Assembly (NCBI GenBank): GCA_000934665.2
Contig: KZ537980.1
Span: forward strand, 1 to 64,000
Source of the DNA: Catajapyx aquilonaris
Lineage: Eukaryota
Length of the DNA: 64,000 nucleotides
Direction: 5' to 3'
The notes below the pieces were generated by a model. That model searched no databases, was not told the DNA's origin, and saw nothing but the letters and a program-made list of their open reading frames with translations. The translations under genes and the position numbers were made by a program. Shown one piece after another: positions 15,001 to 29,100 of the stretch (its first letter is position 1; every line of letters begins with the position of its first letter).

Positions 15001-17292
15001 TAGCCGTGCTAGGTATGATTACAACTTCCATAATCGTTCGATACCTCATTACAGATTTTGTTGCAAGGCCCGCATAATATATAACATTTTATCAGGGAGA
15101 AAGCGATTTCGCCAGGTTGTAAAACTCGAGGGCTGTTCAGGATAAAGAATGCTCTTAATAAGGACAGAAACTCTCCGCCTCCCTGATGAAAATTTGTATC
15201 GCTTAAACCTAAAACGCACTATATAGGTGAACGTAATAGCTGGAACATCCATCCGAATATTTTGCACGACTGCACCTAACCCGTCTTTTAAGGCACTTTT
15301 ATTTTATGATCGCATATTAAGCGCTTTTTGTAAACTCAGGTTCCTGGAGTGGAATGCCACTACAGCAGCATTTGTATTGTATTGTATCAAATTTTTATCC
15401 ACTGCTTTGTTTCAGCAAGACAGCAACCAAGCAGTAGCATGCGAGTCATATGAAGTGCTGTTGTTCGTCTACGTAGAATATATCTAGAATATGCTGTAGT
15501 GTCAGAAGTGTTCCACTGAATGAACTATTGCAAAGCAGCAGCTTTTTTCTCGTATATGCACAGACTGTAGTATTTTGTTCTGAACTGAGTTAAATAAACG
15601 CTGGAAAAATTAACATGGCCTCTCCTGCAAAAAAAAAACTGTTTATTCAAGCCCATTTTTCAGTACAACCGCAGACATTACATCAACCTCGACCATTGAA
15701 TACTGAGCAGTCTGGAGAGAACTCGTTTCAATGAGCTTTTGGTCAGTCCTGAATTAGCTTAGTTAGTAAAAATGACGACGGGTCTGACTTTATCCTGAGT
15801 AACCAATGCAGCCCAAAAGCCTCTCTTGTGCAGCAGGAACTCTACCCTGCAGGGGCAGAGGACTACCATCAGAATTTATTAAAAACTACCCGCTCTGATT
15901 GTTGCCTCTGGTCGCAATGTTGTGAAATAGGTAACCAAAGACAGAAAACCATACTGATGAGTGTCACCCAGCAGGATGGACACTTTAAAATGCAAGGAAG
16001 TTAAGCAGCAACTTTCATTAAGAGTTATTCACCAATGAGATTCCGAATGCTTCAAAACACTGTACGAACCGGAAATGGAGGCCTAATTTAGTTAACACAA
16101 CTATGCAGAGGGGAAAAAACTAGGGGAAAACACTGTAACCTCACTCGAGGGATTCATACTGCAGACTGCAACTGCGAACTCAATAACGTGAAAATTCCAT
16201 CCTATCCACGCCCCCCCCCNCCCCCCCCCCAAAAAAAAGAGAGCCCAAGTTGTAAAAATTTCACAACGAGATAGCAAGTCCGCGGATAAAGGGTAAATGA
16301 CTGCCGATTGCGAGTCCCTCGGTTCGTAAAGTTTCCTCAGCCAAAAAGTGTGAGGAGATGACGCTCATCTTCCCCCTCCTCTTTCCAGCAGGGTTATTAA
16401 AAAGTTTGAAAGAATATTATTCCCGTCATGGCGAGTGTCCGTTTCAAAGTCACGTTGCGGCGTTTGAACACAGTGGGCGCCAAGGAGAGGAATAAAGATG
16501 AGTGTTATTGGGGCGTGGCTGCCTGATTTGGTATGCCAACGCAGTCCGCCTCCAGGAAGCCATTAGAGGGCCATTCCACTTCCCGAATTTCTCCCGCCCC
16601 GTCTTTTCCTTCTGCTGGCTCCCTGGATAATCCTTGCAAAAGGAGGAAGTGTCCGCCTTCCGGATTGATTGGGTGAGACCCCCAGGTATACCACTGCACC
16701 ATTTGCATATCGTCACCTTTTCAGATTTTTTTTTAAAAAAAGTAACTTAATTGTTCAGTGGGACTACACAGTGGCTTAGGTTAACATAAATTAAATCTGG
16801 ATTCGGGGCGCCTTGGGGCATTTTCTCGGGGGCCGATAAGCAAAGCAGGACGTTCGATCCTGCCCTATGATAAAGCAAGGTGGGGACAGTCCACTGGGAA
16901 GAGTCCAGTCCCCCTCCCACTGCTTGGTGCGATAAGGCTTTTCATTCCCAGTGAATGCTTCCCGAATCCAATGAGGGAGAGCAAGAGGCGGACTCCGGGG
17001 ACTGGAAGGCGATATTACGGGCCCAGGCGGCCCCGCCATCCTTTCTCATATTCTAGTCCTTGCTAAAGTGTCTGGAGGCCGGGGAGAGGTCTTCTAATAT
17101 TGCCCCAGGAAAACCGGACTTTGTTATTACCCCATAGTGCATGGAACCCCTATATACGCGCGTGAGAAATGCTGGGACGCAAGATGGCGCCAGATGCGGT
17201 GGCCGACCATCCGCGAAATGGCGGCCTCTTTTTCTCTCGCACAAAATGGTCGGTTGTTCCAGTCAGGTGCGCCGACTCCATTCATTTGGAGT

Positions 17293-17320
17293 GGGGGGGG
17301 GGGGGNGGGGGGGGGGGGGG
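17293..17320. repeat. Poly-G tract with an internal N. It represents many long G/C homopolymers (e.g. 11170-11191, 13929-13945, 16211-16230, 50804-50817).
   Basis: Directly visible. Single Ns in or beside several runs (11192, 16220, 17306, 51010) indicate uncertain lengths. Confidence 0.9.
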
Positions 17321-20300
17321 CATAATGTACACGAAAATTGAATATTCGTGTCGCTAATCAACCGTGGGTCGACGGTGTCGTACCACCGAATGGAAGAAAG
17401 TTTGGGAGCGGCATTGGCGTGCAGGGGCTCGTAATAATGCAAGTCGTGCTGGCACAAGTTTTGGTGCCGAGGCTCTTTCCGCTTGACAACTACAGCAAAG
17501 TCTCGGTTTGAGAATCCCGAGAACGACGTTTCCCCATATCTCAGAGTCAAAGTCAAAATTAGTCAACTTGCGGTTCTCCTTTGCATTCTCCCCGGCCAGA
17601 ACGGAAGTAACTCCACTTGAGCCGAACTCCAGTTCAATTGCCTACTGTCTACACCCAACATCCAGAAATGATTCAATTATTTCACCTGAACTTTCTGCCG
17701 TTTATTACATATTTATTATCAATACATTCTTCATATGGAGCGAACTGACCATGTATGTGGTAAGTTGACTGCTGTTCATCAGCTATTATACAATGCCTCT
17801 GCCGCAAAACCACGGGGTACACCGTACATGACTGACCATTTGTTTCTTCTTAACCAAAGGCTATATCGAAACCGAGATCGACGTCAGTTTGATTGATGTC
17901 AATCGATGCGTAAAGTTGGCAGCAAATTCAAAGTCCGCTGCTTGCAACAAAAGCTGAGGGACTTGCATCAGCAGTTTCCCCCCTGAAAAGACTGGAACTA
18001 TGTACCACACGGTTGAGGTACCGGACACAATGTGTTCCGCGGGTGTAAAATCTGCACTACAGCAACAAGGTGAGTCGAACTAATGAGACTTTGGGCCCGA
18101 AAACGTAAGCCTTTCCTGGTGCATCAAAGGCGCTGAAGGCCCGTTCCCACAACTTCTATCTCATCACTTTTAATTAACCTTAACGCGAAGGAATTGAAGG
18201 CTGGCTCTGCTGCAGCATCCAGCAACTTCCTGGGCGAGAGCTGGCCCATGGATATGGCGAATCTAATCTGCAGATCCATAATCCCCTTGACTTTCCTAAT
18301 CTTATTTCCAAACCCTTACCGACGCCATTGTACGCTTCATAAAAGAGGCTTCAAAGTTTTGCGGATTCCCTCCCGCCTGTCCAAAGTTTACGACGATTGT
18401 GCTGAACTGCGCCTCAAATCAGACTACTCATTCCCCTGGAGGACACGGACTTATAAATGGAAATGGGAAGGCTTTTCCTGCCGCAAATATTGTTATGAAG
18501 ATTTCTCAACCGGAGGGGCCGACCTCTAGATTCTCATCCAATAGTCGTCATCGGTTTTTGCTCCGCGCCTATTGACTTTTCGTAAATAGGTCGATCCACC
18601 GGAAGTCACCATCCTGCTTTGTCACTCTTATTTTATAAATATTCATCGTTTGGTCTAGACTCATTTCCTGTCCGGTGCTGAAATCTTATGGTGTGTCCGT
18701 TGAGGGTCAATCAACAGCTATGCAAAAATAATAACTCGGGTGTTTCGTAATGATTTCGACATCCTTTACTTTAAAATATTGTCACAACTATTACAAAACG
18801 CCCGTATATGCAAGGTATCTCAAAAACATGCGTATTAGTCTAGAACAAAATTCTTCTTTTTATGACTGCTATTTTAACTCCTGTGGAACCCCCAAAGAGG
18901 AATTTTCAACCGGCAAAGGGTGACATCAAGGAAAACGCACTTATTGAAACACCCAGTGCCAGCGCATTGGAGAGTCCAACAAATTCCAACATTCCAACCG
19001 AGATTCCCCAAGATTCCACCGGTCCCTGCTGGAAACACCCGCAGCAGCGAGTTAATCAGACGCAACGCTCAAATACCTCTGACTAAGACCAAAAGGGGGG
19101 TCCATCATCATCATCCCACGGAACAATCAAGGCACTGGACCAGTTGTATTGACTCTGTATAAATAATCGCGAACGAGTAATATTTGTCACAGCGCCTCGG
19201 GCCAGCTTGTTTTTCCTGTTGGAAGCACCACCCACCCAGCTCGAAGCGGGGATAAAACCATGTGTAAGGAGGGGGCAAAGATGGCGGTTGCCTTGGATGC
19301 TCGAGTGCAGAGCAAACATCCATAAAGCGACGGGGGAAGCATCGGAGGCAGAAGGAGGAGAGAAAATCTCCACGTGAGCTGCCAAGGAGATGAAGTCCTT
19401 TCTGATCCGGCCAACCGTGCAAATTTCCACATCCAAGGGGGACCCTATATATTTTCTCCCGGCGCACTCAATTGGTCTTGCAGCAGCTCCTAATCGAGCC
19501 GATGCTCTAATAAATTATGTCTCTGGAAGACTCCGATCCTTGGACGCCTGCCCGGCATTTTATTGCCCCAGCCCATCCTTTCCGCTTTTCACGGAAAAAC
19601 AAAAGGTCCATGGGTTAGACTCCCAGCCAAAACCACGCCCTTTTTTGTATTCTTTATTCCGCTCTCTTTTCGGACGCCAAAAACAAGGCTTCCATTGAAA
19701 AATGAGACCCCGTGTAGATACAGCCAGCCCGATTCCAATATGTACAGGGGAGCCCCCCTTTTTTCAGCAGAGAGATAGGTCCAAGGGCCTTGTTTTTGTC
19801 GGCAAAGTTCCAATAGCCCACCAATTTCCTTCCATTGCGTTTCACGTCATACAGAGGGCCTCCGCTTATTATTTCCGATCTCAAGCTTCGGGTTTTCCAT
19901 AAAGCAAACTGAGGGAAAAGATGGCTTTGGAGCCGTTGCGCCTTGGCGGCGGAAGGCAATGCAGAAGTAGAGCGAGGCTTGATCATTTAATCGGTTTAAC
20001 AATTTGCAATGTTTGTTTCCTTTTCACTTTGTTCGACGGCCGCGAAGGTGCACTGTAATTTTAGCATTAACTTTTAATCGCCCCGGAAAAGGTTTTATGC
20101 CCAAACCCCTTGAGCTCCTGTGCATTAGACTTGAACGGATCAGAGGATTCCCACCCCCTCACCTCCCTTTCCATTTCCACCGCCCCTTTCACTCTACCCT
20201 TGTGGTCTTTGCACTCGCGGAAACCAAGCAGACTACCCGATAGAGCCAAGTATCAATATATATCGCAACGATGACACAAAGTTACCCGGTTTACACTGTC

Positions 20301-23059
20301 GTGTGTCAATAGCACCGAATTGTTGGCAACTCGGTAAAGTAAATGACGTGGGCTTGTTAAATCCCATTCCGGAGGAGAAAGCTTCCAAATCCTCCTCACT
20401 CTGCTGCTGCCATTGCTTCCTCTCCCTTCCTTCCCCCCAGCCGATTCAGGCCCCGGCGCCTCAAGAGGCCGCTGTTTCAACAAAGCTTCCCAACCCTGCC
20501 TTCATACCCCACTTTGCTAATTTGCTGCCATAAGAATAATTTCCCATTTCGTGCTCATTTCGTATTAATTAGAAGCAGCCGCAGCAGCCATTCAGAGACG
20601 GCGGCCAACTCAATTGACAATTGTATTTGCGCTGAACAAATGGAGTGCATACAGCCAAGGCGATGTTTGTTCGGTACACCTATATATTAAGCATGAATCG
20701 AGGACCAAGCCGCCCCTCGTTTTATTCCTACAAGTCACACATTCAAGTTCAACACGCCTCAAGCTCGGCAATCCCCATGCTGCCGTCTCTAAGGTTTACG
20801 ACCATGCCTCTCTCCCACCGTCATGATATTGACAGGTTGGAACGGAGGACTTGACTGTGGCGGAGGGTCGTGATGACACCCAGGCCATCGCGTTGACATG
20901 CACATCTCAACACAACGGGGCTGAGGTCTGGGCTCCTCTTCCCGGAGCAAGATAAGCTCGGTTCTGGACCAAAATGCCTCCAGAAGGAACGCTCCGGTGT
21001 AAGATGGGCCAACATTACGGTTATGGCGCCTCAGGAATCTCTTTCGCCTTCTGCACACAAGTCAGCATGAACAGCGGTTCAAGCCACTCCACAAACGAGG
21101 TCATGACTCACTGGGTTCACACTGGGCACATTAAGCAATATTCCAACAACAGAAAAGCAGCCTATATACCGCTTGCTAAAATAATAATAATTGACCAGAA
21201 CCATGTGGGAGTGATCGTTTCCGGCCGGTTGCGCTATCTCCTGCAAGATATATACCGCATTAAAGTTGAATAAAGGTCGTCCAACCCCAATTCGAGGGAC
21301 TTTCCCAATACCGGATCCTACCCATTCACAAAAAAAAAAAAAAAATACACCATAGGAAGCGTATATTCTGTGTACGCCGCGCAAATATTTTGATACAGTC
21401 GCTGTATCGGGCCAGATGACGTCGGATCCACCGGACAGAAAACCGTGTCCTCAAATATCCTGCATTTCCCTCCCCTCCCCCACCTATTTATTTAGTTCCG
21501 GTTCCCAGTGAGCGAGGCGGTTTATGCTCACATAACCCAACCGCAAAATTGCGGCGCGGCTCTGCAAAGTAAGCTGGAGGCGGCGGCAACGGCCCCGGCC
21601 ATCAATGGCGCGCAATTTCGCTATCTGCTCAATAGCCGCCCAAATGAGTGGCCCCTCCCCATACATGTGCCCGAGTTGGGTGGGCTGACTCCCAACGGAA
21701 TTTCCTTCTAAATCATTCAGTCCCCTTCTGATTTTTGCGAGTGACCCACTTGGTCCCAAAGACCCCCCCCCTCAACATAATATGTTGACGCCGGCCTGTC
21801 GTCGCGGGATATGGATTGCCCTTTTCCGACAGTTATGTGACAGGTGTCCTCAGAATATCGAGCGTGTGACACGCTTGTCGATATAGGCGTGACTGGTGAC
21901 TTGGGCCCAAAAATAATGGCGCCTACTTGATCCGCCTGGGTATATGTGAGCACGGAATACCGCAATGCGAATGTACTGTTTACATCGTGTATCGCCGATA
22001 GGAAATTCATCCGCTGATGTGGAATCGATGTACCGTTTTTTACCGCGGGGCAAGACATGTCATATGCAGTTAATAAATCAGGTGCACTTGTACAAAGATT
22101 GAAAACAGATTGATTAGGTGGTGCCCCAGTGCACTCTAGGTCTAGTTGTTGTGGCTGGCGCCACAGGGTCCTGGCCATCAACTGTCATGGTAGATACTTC
22201 GTCTGGAAATAAAAGTAGGAGCGGGGGTGGGGGGGGGGGAGAGAGAAAAGAGAGCGAGGGGGGCCCTGAATAATTCCGTTGGGCAATGGAATCCGCCACA
22301 AAGGGCTCCAAGTGTCCGTGTGCAGCGCCGCAAATGTGGCGACATGTGATCCAAAGCGCTGTCGCCGCTCCGCTTGAGGACCATCACGGCCCTCCCCAGA
22401 CCAAACATACCAGCAAACCAGGCAGATACAGCCAATACACCAGGCCTGGAAATGATCATCACGACGCCTCCAGACCCAAACTGGAGAGAATGGACCGTCT
22501 TTTTCTTTTTTCCCCTCCCCACCGAAGCTCCAGCCTCTCTTCTTATATGTATGCGGAGCAGGAGCTTGCCTTTGAAAACAAACCCGGAGCAGTCCGCTGG
22601 ATACACCGGTCAATGAATTTCAAATTGAGTCTTTCTGCGCCCCTTCTGCGCTTCCCTTTCATTTGCTTTCGAACCAATCACGGCTATCTAATGATACACG
22701 TGCTGCATGGCGGACGTAAATACATCGTAGTTTTCCACCCCAAAAAGGATCCCAGGGGTAGTTCGAAATTACATGGCTTGGATGTACGGCGCCACACTGC
22801 AATAGCTTTGATCAAAAATGAAAAAAAGAGAGGGAGAGATTTCCATTTACACTGGTTCATTAGAGAGAAATTACATGAATTTTTTAAAACGACGGCATGG
22901 TCAAAAAGAAGGGAATAACACACAGTTTTCAATGGTGAAGGAAGCATGTATTTTATACCCCCCGAGAGAATGAGTTCCCAACTCAATTTATAATAGTGTA
23001 GTTAACTATTATTTACTTCAATTACATAGCCAAAGGAAGCTAAAGGTTTACACAACCTA

Positions 23060-23062
<3 letters not shown>

Positions 23063-23144
<82 letters not shown>
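23063..23144. repeat. (AT)41 microsatellite
   Basis: Perfect alternating AT run of 82 bp. Confidence 0.98.
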
Positions 23145-23147
<3 letters not shown>

Positions 23148-26100
23148 AATATGTGAGACTGAATTCCGAGTATTGATTCACATTCGTGGATTTCAGTCAG
23201 TAAAAGTGGAACATAAACGTAGGTGATTATGTAATAAACTGGTCCTGTAGCTCGCGGAAGTGATACCGAATGGCACCAGAAGTACTCCAGTAGTAACAGG
23301 AATAATCTTGATGCGACATGCCGAATAGTCCGCCAAATGACACGTACAATCCGATTTAAAAACTAATCAAACCATGTACTGTATGAGATAACTGGTCTTC
23401 ACAACGCCTAATCGTAAATAAATCAAGATGATCATGCTCTTTAGCTGAACCATTAATTTTTTTTTCTCTTCCAGGGTTTTATTTCAATTAGTGCATACCT
23501 GTAAAGTGGTTTGACTGCGCACTCTTGCCAACTGGGAGATCCTCATAGTGCTATATTATAGTCATAACACTGCTGCAAAAAGTCAGTTCGGGTACTTGAG
23601 ACCATGCATTTCAGCCACAAATTGAGGCTCGGAAAATCGGAATCCTATATATGAAAAATGGGGGCAGTCAAGAGTCGTCTCCATAAGGAATGGCCTGGAG
23701 GACGGGCGCCATAAATCCAGAATCGGGAAAAACACGCGACGAGTCCACCGTATAGTATATAACAGGGCAGGAAACGATCCAAAGTGGTCATATAACAAAG
23801 CGACACTATAGCCCACCAGGTCGCACATCACCTGGCCGAGGCCCGATCCAAAACTGGCAAACTAGGTCCGGCCAACACCTGCTATCAGCAACTCTCATCA
23901 ATGCCCAGCAAATTCTCCCGCACCATGTCGTGCTGCTAATGTTCATGCTGTCTCCCCAAATTCGGACGGGCTGCCACATGAACCTAGACTCGGGGAAAAC
24001 ACGCAAAAATACTGCATCGTGCGCTAGAATACTATATCACTCCCCCCTCACCCACCCCAGCACCCACCAGAGTCCGAAAAGGGGGGGGGGGGGTGTATTG
24101 ATTGTGAAGATAATCTCACCCCGCAATTTTTTTGACTAATGAACCGAAAGATCGCTCTAAAGGTTTTGTCGTTTTCGTGCGCTGCCTGAATACCAGGCTG
24201 TTGTGGGTGTCCTGGGTGAAACCAGTACTAAATTTGAAAATGGCCCGGCTCTATTTTAACGTCTTGGCTTCACAAAAATGTTGCTGTATAATGCAGCAAT
24301 CTGACCATTATAATATTCCAAATTCAACAGGTGTGAATCAGTCTGATCCTGCTGATTTCCCCTGAAGACCTTTCCGACATCAGCTGTACGACCTGATTTG
24401 GCAAGTCCACTGTCCTTTCTTGAAGCATAAAATGTAATGTGAGTCGGATGTGCGTGCTGGCCCCAGTGATGCGGCAGGTCCATGTCCCCTTATTGTCAAG
24501 GTGCGAAAAGTATGGCGATGGCCCCTGGAAGTGGATGGTCCTCCCGAGACTCATCAGGGACTTGAGCTCAGCGTCGGAGCCGCTGGACCCAGGATGAAAA
24601 CCCTCGGTCCTTCTTGCCAAATGGTTCTTCTTCCAGCCTACTTTCACCTCATTCCTAGCCTTGCCTTCGCCCCCAGATGGGGAAGGAGGAGGAGGGAGTA
24701 AGAGGAAAAGTCTTCCTCAATACCTTCCAGCCGACTCCTGGATAAATATCTAAGGGCCAAGTTGGGTCGTTCCAAGTTACAACTAGAGTCTCGTCACCAC
24801 CGTCACTGAATAAACTTTCGGACTTTCCACAGTGTTGCGGGGGGAGCTCGTAATTGAAATCACTGCCACACCTGCTGGCCCACCTGCCAAGCACATGCCC
24901 AATAAGCTTAACTCAAACATGCCCACACATTTACCAATGACGGGAACCGCATTTTGTGATTAATTTCTAGCCTTTGCACACTTGAAACTACACCCGCTTT
25001 TATGCCCCACCGAAATTGGCTGATAATTAATCGATAAACATAATTTGCATGTTTGGCAGTCAGTGTTGACGCTACGAGATTTCTTATGCGCCTGTAATCT
25101 CAGCTCGTGTTGTATACAGCTAAAAAGCCACTCAAAAAATCACTCATGTCGACATTTGTGCGGTCAAAACCTGGCCAGGCGTCACGAGGATACCCCTGTG
25201 CCTAACTATCGTCAGCATCAATCCTCCAAGTTTCACGAGAGCAGCTTATTATGGCGTAATTTTTTCTAATGAGATCAGGCTTCGTTAGAGCCACGGTGCT
25301 CCATTACGCTGGGGTGAAGGGTGCACAGGTGTGCATACCATAATCATTAATCAAGCCACGCTGCGTTATGGCATGTACTTCAGCAGATTTGCACAAAAAT
25401 CATCCTTGCAAAACATGCGCCATCAGGTATTAAACAGTGCTCAGGTATGTAAGAAATATGCGGAATAACAATTCAAAAATTCATGTACAGCGTGAGTACT
25501 CCCAGAGGCTCACAAAAGGGTTTTTGACCATTGTAACCAAGTGAAAATATCTTTTCAAATAGCGCAATTTTCCGAGCGCAATGACAATTCACTCCCATTG
25601 CATTGCCCGCGGTGAAATTGATATAACATGGGGAGCACTTTTCGGCTTGTATTAAAATAAAAAAAGGCAGAGAGGCGAGCATCGTTTTGAAAGCTCATCT
25701 GCAACTTTGCCCATTTGGCCCCAAACTAAATATTAAATTAAATTACGTTTTCCGCAAGTTTAGTGCATGAACCACGGCTGCTGCATTCCAATTCCGCTGA
25801 TTATGAACGGGTCTGACCTACAGTGCAGTTTTTTAAATGAGGTTCTCCGACCACATTCTAGGAAATTATTCTTCCAGGACGAAACGCTGCGGGCAGACTC
25901 GTACACCACATTTTCCGCCACAAACGTCGGATCCCGCGGTCAAAGTGTCCAGACTTTTTGGTAAACGACTCTGGAAAAAGTTACAATGTAAACATTAACC
26001 TGGAATTTTACGACATTTAAACAAAAAAAACTACCGAAGACTTATAATAAAGTTACAAGAGTTAACAATATGTAGCATATAATCTGCAATGCATGCTCCA

Positions 26101-29100
26101 TCATCAGTTATTTCCAAACATGATTCGACTCGCCAGTGATTCAACGGTTATTCTGTTTCACATAGCGACAAGAACCTAGAAAAGAAAGTGTGTCCTTTCG
26201 TTACGGTATATTGTACTACAGGGACAAACCACGTTCGATCATTATGTGTAATAACAACCTAACATGCACTGTATAGGCAAATTATATTCAATACATTTAT
26301 ACATGAATGCACATGAATGCACCGTATGTCACAGTAGGCAGTTCCACATAGTTCCACCACGTCACGGTCCGTCCCCCAACCATAATAATTATTATTCCCC
26401 TTCACATATCAGCGTGACGCGTCATCACCTTTTCCACAGGAGAGAATCTGCAATGTACACAGCTCTAGGCCTACGTATTTACATCATAACATTTTAAACC
26501 TTAATGCATAAAGTATCAACAAAAGTCATTGCCTCTCACTGCATAACCATGCAAGGTATACGGTACTGTTTACAGTAACATTAATTTCACACGTAGCTCT
26601 CTGGCCGTGTATATTTCCACGAGAGTGAATTACAGCACCTGCTCATGAGATTAACTTCATAAACATGATCAAACCCAGCACGCTTTTTACTCATATTAGT
26701 GCATCCCGCAGCATTTTAAAGCCGAACTTGCACCTTCCGCGGATATAACCTGTCGGACCTTTTTGCCTACAGCTGCTGGACTAGGAATATAAGAGGTTTG
26801 CGATGACATGCACGTAGCAGAGCGGATCCATTCCATCTGCAACCCAGGGCGAAACAATTGGGGAATCATCCTCTAAGCCTGGAAACCGGTAATGGAAGTG
26901 CGCGCTGGCGTGTAACCCTGACTGGCCGGAACCAACACAACGCGTCTGCCTGCATCGATTCCTCAGTCCAATCTCTTGACACTGCTTTTTTTCCCTCACA
27001 CTCTTCCCCCTCTCTCAGGTTTTTCCTTTCCTCAATTTTTTTCCTTCAAAGAAAAAAAAAAACCCCCTGCTCCATCCTCCCCGGTCTCTCGTCATCAGTT
27101 GGGACATTGCCCATAATGCAATTTCGTCGTCACAGATTGCCGCGCACGCCCCTCGTCTCTCTCAAGATGTAATAATGCTCCGTTTCTGGTCACACCGACG
27201 CCCAGCCCCATTGTTCGTGCGTTTTAGGCTTTCATCCCTGTGTAGCTGCCGGCTTTAGCCTCGGACTAATGGAATCTTGCTTTGTAACAGATATTTCTGC
27301 ATAGTGTGTGCACAATGGACGCAGTTGCAAAGGGGTACTTTGCACTCGAGTACTCTCCGAAACTGCCCTGGAAAGTATGCATGCTTCTGCATACATGCAT
27401 CACAAAGTTGGGTCTTATCCTCGCTCCTCTCTCAGTTCCCTGGCTGCTTTTTAATTCATGCCTGTATGATTCGCTCACAAGATCTCGGGTAAGAAAGCGT
27501 AAAATAATTGCGCAATTTTAAGCGCAGTTCACTGTTGTTTGTTCGAGGTCTGGTTGAAAGGATATAGCCGTGCCCAAACTTATTTTAGCTCTGCCAACAA
27601 AGGCTGGGCTTATTTCTCCCTTAGCCAAACAATTTCATCGCCGAAGGAAAAGGAGTGAATTGCGCTTGCTCGACCTCGAACTCAGGTATTACATAAAATG
27701 GCATTAAAATTAGCCCATATTTTAACCACACAATCCATGACAAAAAAATATCGTGTGTAATAGCAGAAAAATGAACTGCAGGCTACACCTCGCATTATTT
27801 TACAGTTCCCAGACCAACCCTTCGAGGCAGCTCTAAATCCAGCTCGTCAAAAAAGCGCGCGTGAGCTATTCTTTCGCCAAAATGGGCACACATGTGCAAG
27901 GGAGCTGGAACGTGATGGCACCACAGAAATAACGTATAAGTTAATACTTTTGTGTAAAACCGCCGCCAGTACCCAGCATGACCCCCGTTGACTCGAGTGT
28001 CTCAAAATAAAAGTTCTGCGAATTCTATAATTGCAATCAACATGACAAAACGTCATCTAGCATGCTTCTCTCCCACGTGAAAATGATCCAGACACCGACA
28101 CAAAGTACGACATTATTGATGACACGCAGGAACTGCAAGCAACTCTACAAACAACGCTTTAATTGAAAAGAGCTATACAAAAGCGAGAAGGCGAAAATAG
28201 GGAGGAGTTGGTAAGGCAAAGAAACGGGATACTTCCTGTGAATTCAACACACCTCCGAACAGAACCAATTCATTTCCCCGCCGTCACGCAACGACTCATC
28301 TGCAAACGCAATTTGTGCCAACCCCCCAACCCAGCACTCTCTAAACTTCAAGTACCACGTGCACACTGCGCATGGTCGCATCTAGTGTTCGGTGAAAGAC
28401 AGTCCAAAACAACGACGAGGTATTGATCTGACTCACATTCGCTGTTCATATACAGGACAGTCCAAAAAGACACTACATATTATTTTCTCTTTCCTTACTA
28501 TACACTTCATGATCATCGCATTTTATATCTTCATGTGGACTTTGAAAAAAATCCTGGTCAATTCAACTCCGCAGTGAGTACCCTCCCCACCCTTTCCTCT
28601 AGTGTCCCCCCCAAACTACACAGTGTGGCCATTATGCCAGCATGAGCATTCTCCTCCAGCCAAGCCGACTCCGAACCCCCACGAGACCTGCCGCACCATG
28701 GAAATTAGATTTGAGATGGGGAAGCCTATGCGGGAATGTGCGCTTCAAACGAGTCCTGACGAATTCCCTGGCTGCCCGGATTGTCGACTGGGAACAACAC
28801 CCAGCTAATGGAATTATCCAGACTTCCAACTAGATCGCCTCCCCAAGCCCACGTGACCACCTCCAAAAGATATACGGTTTGACCCATTCATACGGTTTCC
28901 AATATTTTTAAAAAAACGAGCAGAAAACGTGATTAGCACCATTTCAGTCAAAAGAACGTAATGGGACAAAGTCACGTAAAAAGTGGACGCCCGGAATGAC
29001 AACCGGGTTTCAAAATGATCCGGCTTCCAAGGTTTGGGAACAAGGGTCCCCATTGATCTGATTGCCTAGCTTGCTCAGGCCACCACTCTAATTCAATTCG

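Noticed and set aside
22286..22918. Longest ORF in the track (210 aa, plus strand)
   Set aside because: No recognisable domain, random-like composition, overlapping ORFs in several frames, and it lies antisense within the intron.
26229..26262. Minus-strand TAG|GTT GTT ATT ACA CAT AAT GAT CGA ACG TGG (VVITHNDRTW), superficially like VIVVPHSHNDPGW
   Set aside because: Lacks PHSH and PG, has the wrong spacing, a poor acceptor, and the frame soon hits a stop without GH38 similarity.
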